Of a DNA stretch of 64,000 nt, positions 1 to 11,400 are shown one piece after another; position 1 is the first letter of the stretch, and every line of letters begins with the position of its first letter. The stretch is taken from contig CAXIUT010000097.1 in the NCBI GenBank assembly GCA_964035545.1, forward strand, positions 124,001 to 188,000. The letters are read 5' to 3'. The position numbers and the translations under genes were made by a program. The DNA is from Bugula neritina. Its lineage: Eukaryota > Animalia > Bryozoa. The notes under the pieces were generated by a model. The model had not been told where the DNA came from, made no database searches, and saw nothing but the letters and a program-made list of their open reading frames with translations.

Positions 1-3000
1 TATGCTGTAGCACACTGAAATACACTGCAACTCACTGAAATATACTGCAACATACTGAAACACACTGTAACATATTGAAATATACTGCAACATAGTGAAA
101 TACATTGCTACATACTGAAAAAAAATACATAATACTGCAACATACTGAAAAACACTGTAACATACTGAAATACGCTGCAACATACTACAACATATTGAAA
201 GACACTGCAACACAGTGAAATATACTGCAACATACCTAAATATACGGTAATATACCAAAATATACTGTAACACATTGAAAAATACTGTAACATACTGAAA
301 TACACTGCAACACACCGAAAAACACTGAAAATACTGTAACACACTGAAATATACTGCAAAAAACTGAAATACACTGCTACATACTGAAATATACTGCGAC
401 ACACTGCAACATACTGCAACATACTAAAGTATACTGCAACATACTGAAATACACTGTGAAATACTGAAATACACTATAACATACTGAAATATTCTGCAAC
501 ATACTGAAATATACTGCTACATACTGAAATATACTGCAACACACTGCAACATACTGCAACATACTAGAATACACTGTAACATAATGAAATACACTGCAAC
601 ACATTGAAATATACTGCAAAATACTGAAATACACTGCCATATACTGAAATACACTGCAACACACTACAACATACTGCAACATACTAAAATATACTGCAAC
701 ATACTGAAATACACTGCAAAATACTAAAATACACTGTAACATACTGAAGTATACTGCAACATACTGAAATACACTGCTACATACTGAAATATACTGCAAC
801 ACACAGCAACATACTGCAACATACTAAAATACACTGTAACATATTGGAATACACTGCAACACATTGAAATATACTGCAAAATACTGAAATACACTGCTAC
901 ATACTGAAATATACTGCAACATACTGCAACATAGTGAAATACACTGTAACATACTGAAATACACTGCAACATACTACAACATATTGAAATACACTGCAAC
1001 ACATTGAAATATACTGCAACATACCTAAATATACGGTATTATACTGAAATATACTGTAACACATTGAAAAACACTGCAACATACTGAAATACACTGCAAC
1101 ACATTCAAATACACGGCAAAATACTACAACATACTGAAATGCAGTGTAACATATCGAAATACACTGCAACACATTGAAATATACTGCAATGTACCGAAAT
1201 ATATGGTAAACTACTGAAATATACTGCGACACATTGCAGTATACTGTAACATACTGAAATATGCTGTAGCACACTGAAATACACTGCAACTCACTGAAAT
1301 ATACTGCAACATACTGAAATACACTGTAACATATTGAAATATACTGCAACATACTGAAATACAGTGCTACATACTGAAATATACTGCAACATACTGCAAC
1401 ATAGTGAAATACACTGTAACATACTGAAATACACTGCAACAAACTACAACATATTGAAATACACTGCAACACATTGAAATATACTGCAACATACCTAAAT
1501 ATACGGTAATATACCAAAACATACTGTAACACATTTAAAAATACTGCAACATACTGAAATACACTGCAACACACTGAAATACACTGCAAAATACTGAAAT
1601 ACACTGTAACATACTGAAATATACTGCAACATACTGAAATACACTGCTACATACTGAAATATACTGAAACACACTGCAACATACTGCAACATACTAAAAT
1701 ATACTGCAACATACTGAAATACACTGCAAAATAATGAAATACACTGTAACATACTGAAATATGCTGTGGCACACTGAAATACACTGCAACTCACTGAATT
1801 ACACTGCAACATACTGAAATACACTGTAACATATTGAAATATACTGCAACATACTGAAATATAGTGCTACATACTGAAATATACTGCAACATACTGCAAC
1901 ATAGTGAAATACAGTGTAAAATACTGAATTACACTGCAACATACTACAACATATTGTAATACAATGCAACAAATTGAAATATACTGCAACATACCTAAAT
2001 ATACGGTAATATACTGAAATATACTGTAACACATTGAAAAACACTGCAACATACTGAAATACACTGCAACACACTGAAATACACCGCAAAATACTACAAC
2101 ATACTGAAATGCACTGTAACATATTGAAATACACTGCAACACATTGAAATATACTGCAATGTACCGAAATAAATGGTAAACTACTGAAATATACTGTCAC
2201 ACTTTGAAAAATACTGCAACATACTGAAATATACTGCGACACATTGCAATATACTGTAACATACTGAAATATGCTGTAGCACACTGAAATACACTGCAAC
2301 TCACTGAAATATACTGCAACATACTGAAATACACTATAACATATTAAAATATACTGCAACATACTGAAATACAGTGCTACATACTGAAATATACTGCAAC
2401 ATACTGCAACATAGCGAAATACACTGTAACATACTGAAATACACTGCGACATACTACAACATATTGAAAGACACTGCAACACATTGAAATATACTGCAAC
2501 ATACCTAAATATACGGTAATATACCAAAAAATACTGTAACACATTTAAAAATACTGCAACGCACTGAAATACACTGCAACACACTGAAATACACTGCAAA
2601 ATACTGTAACACACTGAAATATACTGCAGCACACTGCAACATACTGCAACATACTAAAATATACTGCAAAATACTGAAATACACTTCAAAATACTGAAAA
2701 ACACTGTAACATACTGAAATATACTGCAACATACTGAAATACACTGCTACCTACTGGAATATACTGCAACACACTGCAACATACTGCAACATACTAAAAT
2801 ACACTGTACATTATTGAAATACACTGCAACACATTGAAATATACAGCAAAATACTGAAATACACTGCTACATACTGAAATATACTGCGACACACTGCACG
2901 ATACTGCAACATACTAAAATATACTGCAACATACTGAAATACACTGCTACATACTGAAATATACTGCAAAATACTGCAACATACTAAAATACAATGTAAC

Positions 3001-3121
3001 ATATTGAAATACACTGCAACACATTGAAATATACTGCAACATACTGAAATACACTGTAACATACTGAAATACACTGCAACATACTACAACATATTGAAAT
3101 ACACTGCAACACATTGAAATA
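1..3121. repeat. Satellite DNA array, 10-bp monomers (ACTGCAACAT / ACTGAAATAY) forming a 20-bp dimer; block 1, runs off the left edge
   Basis: Continuous 10-bp periodicity visible in the 10-nt columns; A/C-rich, G-poor plus strand; ends at the TA (3120-3121) preceding the insertion. Confidence 0.98.
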
Positions 3122-3143
3122 CACAGCATAGTTAAGGTCATCC
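3122..3143 (+). repeat. Left terminal inverted repeat CACAGC-ATAG-TTAAGGTCATCC (copy 2: 53173-53194)
   Basis: 6-bp and 12-bp perfect blocks pair with the right end, separated by a 4-bp mostly mismatched segment. Confidence 0.92.
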
Positions 3144-3379
3144 CCAGTGAAATATCATCTCATAATCTAGTCTCAGTTCCTAGTTGCTATTGCTCTGTGG
3201 GCGGCATGCGTATTGCCTACTTGTCATAGGTTAGCATGAGATTGAACAATTGCCAACAGACCATCAAATTAGCTAGGGCTGCACCTGTTCATATTACAAC
3301 CATCGCTACAATCTATTGAGCAAGTATGTGGTCATGCCAAGCCTCAGCATCACCTCATTATTATTATTACAAGAAACCA

Positions 3380-5873
3380 GTGGTTCGTTTCATGTGCAAT
3401 GTACTTGATGTACAAAGGAAGATAGTATTTGTAACTTCTTTTTCAACTAAACATGTAAAACTCTTTCAGATTCTGGAAGCAAGCTAAATGCTAAAGCTAA
3501 CTCAATATTTATCCATTTGCCTAGTCTAATAAAGTTGGTAATAATTACAGGCTTGACTACAACTTGACAAATGATTTAGAGATGCTCTTCTCTCAAAGCA
3601 TACTGTTTTTATGCTAGAATAATAATCTATCTGTTCACTACCATTGACTAACTTGAAGTCAAAATTACCTTCATCATTAAACTCCTCTTCTAGTTGCAAA
3701 AACACTTCTCATTGCTAAACTATTACAATCAGTTACAGACTCTGCACAATAGCTTAGAATAGTAAAGAGACTTGCATATAGGTCAGATAGTCATGTGTGA
3801 GATTTTGTTGGTAGCTGTAAAGATCAGATATGCAGAATTTTGTGTGGCCACTTCGGGTTTAGATGGTTTGGGTAAAGGATTTGATTGCTGCAAGTTTCTA
3901 ATATAGCTAGTAGGTACTTTTGTGGTCCCATTGTACATTAGTATAAGCATTAATCAACACTTATTGAAGTGAACTTGGAACTATATAAAAGGTTAGACCA
4001 TGAGCCTGTGCTATAAATATATTCTATTTGCTCTCTGTTGTATACAGTCTAAACTTTAAAAGGTCCAATCAACCTTAAATTGCTTCTAGCTAAATGTCCA
4101 AAAATTGGCTATAAACTGTATCTTGTTGCCTTGCACTGAGAAATGAATTTGAGGCCAGCAAACAACTGGGCTCCTTTGTACTCCTGCAGCAGCTACTATC
4201 AATAGTTGGTTATCATAGCTGTGCAGTGTTCACTCAAGCATGATATCATCGGCTTGCTGTATACCAACTCAGAGCCAAGATTATCAACTATTTTATGTTT
4301 CTAAATTTAGCATCTAATAGAAAAAGCTGCGTCTAGTTAGACTGACTGACGCTATGCTTGCCTGAGTGAAACATCCAAGATGAACAGTTGTAGTCTTAGC
4401 TAGGCAAGAATTGAAAATTTGAAGAGAAAACCTCCTTAAGATAAAAGAAGATGTCCAGTGAATTCAGTTTTGTTTCCGGCCTGATAGGTGTCAGTTAATC
4501 AGCTCAGATATAACTAGCAATGCATTTTCCATTATTCTGATGCTGCAGTTATAATATTTCATAACAAGAATTGACTCAATAATTTAGGCATATGCAACAA
4601 ATCAGCCAGTTTTATTCAAGTTAACACCAGATAGCCATTGCTAAAGATCAAAACGAAAATCAGTGTGGATTTTAAAACATAATATAATATATATATGATC
4701 AGGCATAGAAGTAGCAAGTTCAATAAATAATGTAAACATGCAGAAGGTGTAACAGCTGTGTACTTTTGTGAAGGAATAAGTCAGGGCTTTTTTATAGAAA
4801 TACATCCTATAAGTATCTTACAAACATGGGAGAGATAATATGTTAGTTCTTTAATTACTTTTCTTAAATATACATTACAATATTGAATGTCAAAACCGAT
4901 TTTGTAAAAAAGCAGAATCTATAAAAATTCAAGCTGCAAAAGCCTAACTAAAAGGCACATTGCTGGGGTGATTAGTCCTGTCAATTATTAATAATTTTAG
5001 TTTTTATACCAGTTGATAAAAGTCCTATTTTTGCAGGTAGAGTCTTGATATATATAGGTGTCAGTTGTAGAGTATTATGCTTTTTAAACATAAAAATATA
5101 TTGTCTTGCAAGAGTAGAGAATCTAAAAATCCTAAGAGCTGATGCTGACATAGAAAGGATGTCCTGAGCACACATGCTATAGCATTTCTTTGACAAAACC
5201 TAATCATCTAGTAGTCCACTTGTTTTTGGAACTCAATCTAAAAATATAAATAGCAGTTTTCTCAATACATTGAAAAGTAATTTGCAACATTTTGAATTTG
5301 AATTAAAATGTTCATACACCACAGTTAGTACTAGAGTAGGCTAATCTATATTCTGTAAAATCTACCTATACTGTAAGCAGATCAAAGCTGCCATGCAGCT
5401 GGTAACTTTTTAAAAACACAGCTCATAATTACAATTACTATTAGGTTGGATGCTCCCTTGAAATTGTATTTTTCAAATAATTTCTTAGTAATCATGATTG
5501 CCATGATGACTTCAATTCTTTTGAAACATATGCTTATAAAGTATTTTAAGTTGGTCACCCACAGTAAATGTAGTTTGGTATGCAAGTAGTAGTACAATGA
5601 GAGTTACTAAACAGAAGATTTTTAGTGCAAAACTATATTTTCTATGTGCCTACTCAACTACAGTACTCTAAATAATTGGAGAAAAAAGTGATAGTCAATA
5701 ATAAATTTGGCCATTTTTCTTACATAATGATGAAATGAACTCTGACAATTTTGATCTATAGTCTTACAGTCTTATATATAGTAATAGTTCTACCATCAAT
5801 GCATTCTTATTATACTATGCCTTTTTTATGAATATAAAACTCAATTTTGAAGTTTAGTTATATTGTGCAATGC

Positions 5874-5935
<62 letters not shown>

Positions 5936-6270
5936 TATATATAATAATAATATGAATATGAATATAATATTAATAATAGATATAATACGCAGTATAGGTC
6001 TACTGTAATACTATAAATAGTACAACTATACAAATCCTATAAAATTAATTAAAAATCAATATATTATTGCTTGAAAGCAATACGAAATATGCGAATTTGC
6101 TGAAGGAAACAGTGGTACTCACTTACCCTTGAAGTTAAACTCTTAAAGTTAATCAAAGTACACTCTTTCATCCTAGGTTTGAGAGGTAAAAGACGTTTTT
6201 CACTCCATTTTGAAATGATATTCCCACCGCCAGTTGGCAAGTTCACTTCACAGATTGCGTTTTAACATCC
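3380..6270 (-). pseudogene. Decayed, intron-containing DUF6589-like (putative Kolobok-type transposase) gene, copy 1; boundaries approximate
   Basis: Manual translation gives ordered fragments across stops and frameshifts: AICEVNL (~6258) and ICFKRIE (~5530), a possible N-terminal Zn-finger remnant; EFQKQVDY*MIRFCQRNAIACVLRTS / SASALRIFRFSTLARQ (~5234-5100); AKIGLL; PAMCLL..ILLFYKIGFD (~4966-4889); EEFNDEGNFD (~3688-3658); KQYALRE..IICQV..NFI..GKWINIELAL (~3609-3492); SSTLHMKRTT (~3408-3380). These resemble remembered DUF6589-family motifs (F.DA..EGD; KYALE; FVN..G..GKNI..DL). Splice signals: donor GTAAGT at 6126; acceptors TTCTGTTTAG 5607, TATTTTTAG 5238, GATCTTTAG 4641. Central catalytic motifs were not found. 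Confidence 0.55.
5875..5932. repeat. (AAT)n microsatellite, ~19 units, with a degenerate AT-rich tail
   Basis: Perfect ATA/AAT run inside the predicted first intron (6126-5607) of the minus-strand pseudogene. Confidence 0.97.
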
Positions 6271-6323
6271 AATTTTTTATTTACCGAGCTAGCTTTTACT
6301 AGTAACATCTCCAATACGGCAAG

Positions 6324-7960
6324 ATGCAGCTACTACGTATGATATTACACAGAGCGGTTTGTTTGAGGACAGTGCACTGCAGCTGTGGCATGACTAGGGT
6401 AGGTTTTCCCGGGTGGGGGTGGATGTAAATTATAAACGTTCTATGTGCTTTTTTGAAAGCATTATGATAGCATACGCTTCAATCATTTATATGTAAAACA
6501 AAACTTATTGTTTTATAAATTATAATTTACTTATTTATTTATTTTACTATTGTTTTAAAAACTTGATAAAACTTTGAACACCCCCTCATAATACCACAAC
6601 CACATTCCACTCCTTTAGTTATAACCCAATTAGATTAGAAGTCACATCTTCAATACAAACAAGCTATTCCGACGTCGGCTGCTGGCATTAGCTTGAAACT
6701 GCAGTGAAGCTCTTATAACTGAGCTAGTAGGCTGAAAGTGCACTACCTATAGTTAGCTACCAATGTTATGAATTGGTGTAAGCAGTAAAGGAAATGAGTA
6801 GTGAATATGTGTACAGAAACTTGTACTCAAATGCTTATAGAACCCCATATAAGTTACGGTTATTTGAGATTCAGTCAGGTCCAAAAGAAATTGTGAAATT
6901 AAATACCCATTTATATTACATCATGCTGAATCTGGTCACATAATTGGCTATTTAAAGATAATTGTAATTAAAACCATATTGCAATATAAAATAACCTGCC
7001 TAAGTTGCTCCTTATTGACGAGTAGTCTAGTTGGGCATAATTTAAGTTCAAACCATGAGCTCATTTCAGCTAAAAATAGCAACACCTTGTCACTGCCTAT
7101 GAATGGCTTGCATGGTCACTGCCAGAGCCATTAGCAAAATGGCTTACTGCTATTGCAAGCCTCCTACGTGCAAGCACTATTTATCAATCAGAAACTACTT
7201 ATTTAATTGTAAGCTACTAGAATTTTAATACCATGATATTATAAAAAAGTTGTCTGGTAGGTGCGATATAAGCAGAAAAGCTTAAATAGCCTAAATTCTT
7301 AAATTTTTTAAGAAATTCTAATTTGGTAACATGTCGGAATTCTCTCTAAGCTTCTTAAGCTGCATCTCACCGCCTATAATAGGCCCAATAATACAAAATG
7401 CAGGGTTTAAATTCTTAACACCCTCATCACTGCGCACATACCTCATACTTATTATACTTAGCTGATGAGACTTTACTACTATTGTTGAAAGAAAGTTATG
7501 CAATTACTATTCAATTGACTAAGAATTCTCTCCAACAATTTTGTCGATTATGAAAAAAAAGTTAATGTTTTAAAATAACAATACAGTGAGTTTGGTAACA
7601 GATATATTATTAGTATAATTTAGATTACTCTACAGAACAACAAATTTGCTTTGAAATCACACACAAAAGGCATAAAATTTAGTGGCCTTAACTCTCACTA
7701 GCATCCTAAGATGTCTGGGTTATCATACAGGCTGTATTACTAAACTGCTTTGCACTAGAAAGAAACAAGTCAAAGCAAGAAATGTACGCAGGCTTCAGAA
7801 ATCTAGATTCAGGGTAGATTGCGCATTGTACAGCCTCGCCTCTATAGGCAGTACAATATTACAACCACCAAGATTCCAACTACTAGCTACTATAATATAA
7901 TAACCAGCCTCATACTGCCTTTTACCCATAGTGCAGCTTACTGCAGAGATGAACTTTAAC
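6324..7960 (+). pseudogene. Decayed RecQ-like SF2 helicase gene, copy 1; boundaries approximate
   Basis: Remnants occur in RecQ motif order: KSHLQYKQAIP 6639-6671 (GKSL.YQ.P, motif I); KYPFILHHAES 6901-6933 (Y.LVY.HPE); NNLPKLLLIDE*SSW 6990-7034 (motif II VDEAH..WG); MACMVTA 7103-7123 (motif III MA.TATA); DVWVII 7710-7727 and in-frame KQEMYAG 7773-7793 (motifs V/VI: DVR.VIH, QE.GRAG). Many stops, frameshifts and deletions. Confidence 0.62.
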
Positions 7961-8150
7961 CCTTCGGTTTAGCGCGCACAACATGAATCGTAGGCCGCAT
8001 GAGCTCCTTGTAATCATTATGATGGCTACAATGCAGCGCAGCTCTACCGTGTTCAGCCAAGCGTGCAGACTAAGCGAGATGTAAAATTTTTATTAAAATC
8101 AGTGTATAAATTACACTTTTACTCCAATTCTATTGAGGTTATCTGAAAAC

Positions 8151-8427
8151 TTTAAAAAGCCTCTAATAGACAAATATCTTATAACCCTATATATCAATTT
8201 TTGCAAAAATATGTTGCTTGGGAATTGAATAATTCGTGGGGCACTGAGACCATGTTTTTTTATGCGAAAATGGGCAATTTTTCACTGTTTTTGGAGCATA
8301 AAAATGCAACGGGTTGAGTAGGTACCGATTTTAAAAAAGCCTCTAATAGAGCAGCAAAATATTTACAAGATGGTTTTTAAATTTTGATTCTAGCCTCAAA
8401 ATTAGTCGAGTTATGAGTGGGGCACTG
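8151..8427 (+). repeat. Subterminal ~180-bp diverged direct repeats near the right end (copy 2: ~58202-58478)
   Basis: AAAAAGCCTCTAATAGA ends at 8170 and 8350 (offset 180); GTGGGGCACTG at 8236-8246 and 8417-8427 (offset 181). Confidence 0.8.
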
Positions 8428-8475
8428 TTTCATATATAATTATAATGGAGCAATGAAATTACTGATTCAGTAGAA

Positions 8476-8497
8476 GGATGACCTTAATCAAGCTGTG
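8476..8497 (-). repeat. Right terminal inverted repeat GGATGACCTTAA-TCAA-GCTGTG (copy 2: 58527-58548)
   Basis: Reverse complement of the left end apart from 3 mismatches. Confidence 0.92.
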
Positions 8498-11400
8498 TAC
8501 ATCGCAAAATACTACAACATACTGAAATGCACTGTAACCTATTGAAATACACTGCAACACATTGAAATATACTGCAATGTACTTAAATATATGGTAAACT
8601 ACTGAAATATACTGTCACACATTGAAAAATACTGCAACATACTGAAATATACTGCGACACATTGCAATATACTGTAGGATACTGAAATACGCTGTAGCAC
8701 ACTGAAATACACTGCAACTCACTGAAATATACTGCAACATACTGAAACACACTGTAACATATTGAAATATACTGCAACATACTGAAATACATTGCTACAT
8801 ACTGAAATATACTGCAACATACTGCAACATACTGAAATACACTGTAACATACTGAGATACGCTGCAACATACTACAACATATTGAAAGACACTGCAACAC
8901 ATTGAAATATACTGCAACATACCTAAATATACGGTAATATACCAAAATATACTGTAACACATTGAAAAATACTGCAACATACTGAAATACACTGCAACAC
9001 ACCGAAAAACACTGAAAATACTGTGACACACTGAAATATACTGCAAAATATTGGAATACACTGCTACATACTGAAATATACTGCGACACACTGCAACATA
9101 CTAAAGTAAACTGCAACATACTGAAATACACTGTAAAATACTGAAATACACTAGAACATACTGAAATATACCGCACCATACTGAAATATACTGCTACATA
9201 CTGAAATATACTGCAACACACTGCAACATACTGCAACATACTAGAATACACTGTAACATAATGAAATACACTGCAACACATTGAAATATACTGCAAAATA
9301 CTGAAATACACTGCTATATACTGAAATACACTGCAACACACTACAACATACTGCAACATACTAAAATATACTGCAACATACTGAAATACACTGCAAAATA
9401 CTGAAATACACTGTAACATACTGAAGTATACTGCAACATACTGAAATACACTGCTACATACTGAAATATACTGCAACACACAGCAACATACTGCAACATA
9501 CTAAAATACACTGTAACATATTGGAATACACTGCAACACATTGAAATATACTGCAAAGTACTGAAATACACTGCTACATACTGAAATATACTGCAACATA
9601 CTGCAACATACTGAAATACACTGCAACACATTCAAATATACCGCAAAAAACTACAACATACTGAAATGCACTGTAACATATTGAAATACACTGCAACGCA
9701 TTAAAATATACTGCAATGTACTGAAATATATGGTAAACTACTTAAATATACTGTCACACATTGAAAAACACTGCAACATACTGAAATATACTGCGACACA
9801 TTGCAATATACTGTAACATACTGAAATAGGCTGTAGCACACTGAAATACACTGCAACTCACTGAAATATACTGCAACATACTGAAATACACTGTAACATA
9901 TTGAAATATACTGCAACACACTGAAATATAGTGCTACATACTGAAATATACTGCAACATACTGCAACATAGTAAAATACACTGTAACATACTGAAATACA
10001 CTGCAACATACTACAACATAATTCAATACACTGCAACACATTGAAATATACTGCAACATACCTAAATATACGATAATATACTGAAATATACTCTAACACA
10101 TTGAAAAACACTGCAACATACTGAAATACACTGCAACACATTCAAATACACCGCAAAATACTACAACATACTGAAATACACTGTAACACACTGAAATATA
10201 CTGCAAAATACTGAAATACACTGCTACATACTGAAATATACTGCAACACACTGCGACATACTGCAACATACTAAAATACACTGTAACATATTGAAATACA
10301 CTGCAACTCACTTAAATATGCTGCAACATACTGCAACATAGTGAAATACACTGTAACATACTGAAATACACTGCGACATACTACAACACATTGAAAGACA
10401 CTGCAACACATTGAAATATACTGCAACACACCTAAATATACGGTAATATACCAAAATATACTGTAACACATTTAAAAACACTGCAACCTACTGAAATACA
10501 CTGCAACACACTGAAATACACTGCAAAATACTGTAACACACTGAAATATACTGCAACACACTGCAATTTACTGCAACATACTAAAATACACTGCAACATA
10601 CTGAAATACACTGCAAAATACTGAAATATACTGCAACACACTGCAACTTACTGCAACATACTAAAATACACTGTAACATATTGAATTACACTGCAACACA
10701 TTGAAATATACTGCAAAATACTGAAATACACTGCTACATACTGAAATATACTGCGACGCACTGCAACATACTGCAACATACTAAAATATACTGCAACATA
10801 CTGAAATACACTGCAAAATACTGAAATACACTGTAACATACTGAAATATACTGCAACATACTGAAATACACTGCTACATACTGAAATATACTGCAAAATA
10901 CTGCAACATACTAAAATACAATGTAACATATTGAAATACACTGCAACACATTGAAATATACTGCAAAATACTGAAATACACTGCTACATACTGAAATATA
11001 CTGCGACACACTGCAACATACTGCAACATACTAAAATACACTGCAACATACTGAAATACACTGCAGAATACTGAAATACACTCTAACATACTGAAATATA
11101 CTGCAAAATACTGAAATACACTGCTACATACTGAATTATACTGCAACACACTGCGACATACTGCAACATACTAAAATACACTGTAACATATTGAAATACA
11201 CTGCAACACATTGAAATATACTGCAATGTACCGAAATATATGGTAAACTACTGAAATATACTGTCACACATTGAAAAATACTGCAACATACTGAAATATA
11301 CTGCGACACATTGCAATATACTGTAGCATACTGAAATACGCTGTAGCACACTGAAATACACTGCAACTCACTGAAATATACTGCAAAATACTGGAATACA

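Larger units (their letters stand above)
3122..8497. mobile_element. 5,376-bp non-autonomous DNA transposon, copy 1; Kolobok-H-like interior, 22-bp imperfect TIRs, TA TSD
   Basis: Left end CACAGCATAGTTAAGGTCATCC (3122-3143) matches the reverse complement of the right end, CACAGCTTGATTAAGGTCATCC (8476-8497), at 19/22. Flanked by TA at 3120-3121 and 8498-8499. Empty site TTGAAA-TA-CATCGCAAAA at 42881-42898. Confidence 0.93.

Noticed and set aside
1-3121. Telomeric repeat array
   Set aside because: Monomers lack the G-run structure of telomerase repeats and show heterogeneous HOR organisation typical of satellite DNA.
3120-3123. Alternative 4-bp TSD TACA
   Set aside because: Formally compatible with the empty site but gives asymmetric termini (CAGC... 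/ ...GCTGTG); TA gives symmetric CACAGC/GCTGTG ends.
3122-3160. RAG recombination signal / Transib-like end (CACAG resembles heptamer CACAGTG)
   Set aside because: Only the first 5 bases match, there is no nonamer at 12/23 spacing, and the TSD is 2 bp rather than the 5 bp of Transib/ProtoRAG.
4572-4610. Plus-strand peptide LNNLGICNKS resembling the RLN.LGIC.S motif of the transposase-like family
   Set aside because: Opposite strand to all other fragments, and it overlaps a minus-strand exon with a good acceptor at 4641; treated as chance unless alignment shows a local inversion.
7318-7503. 61-aa minus-strand ORF, and the other short ORFs in the element, as standalone genes
   Set aside because: Antisense to, or fragments of, the decayed genes; mostly non-ATG starts and no independent support.
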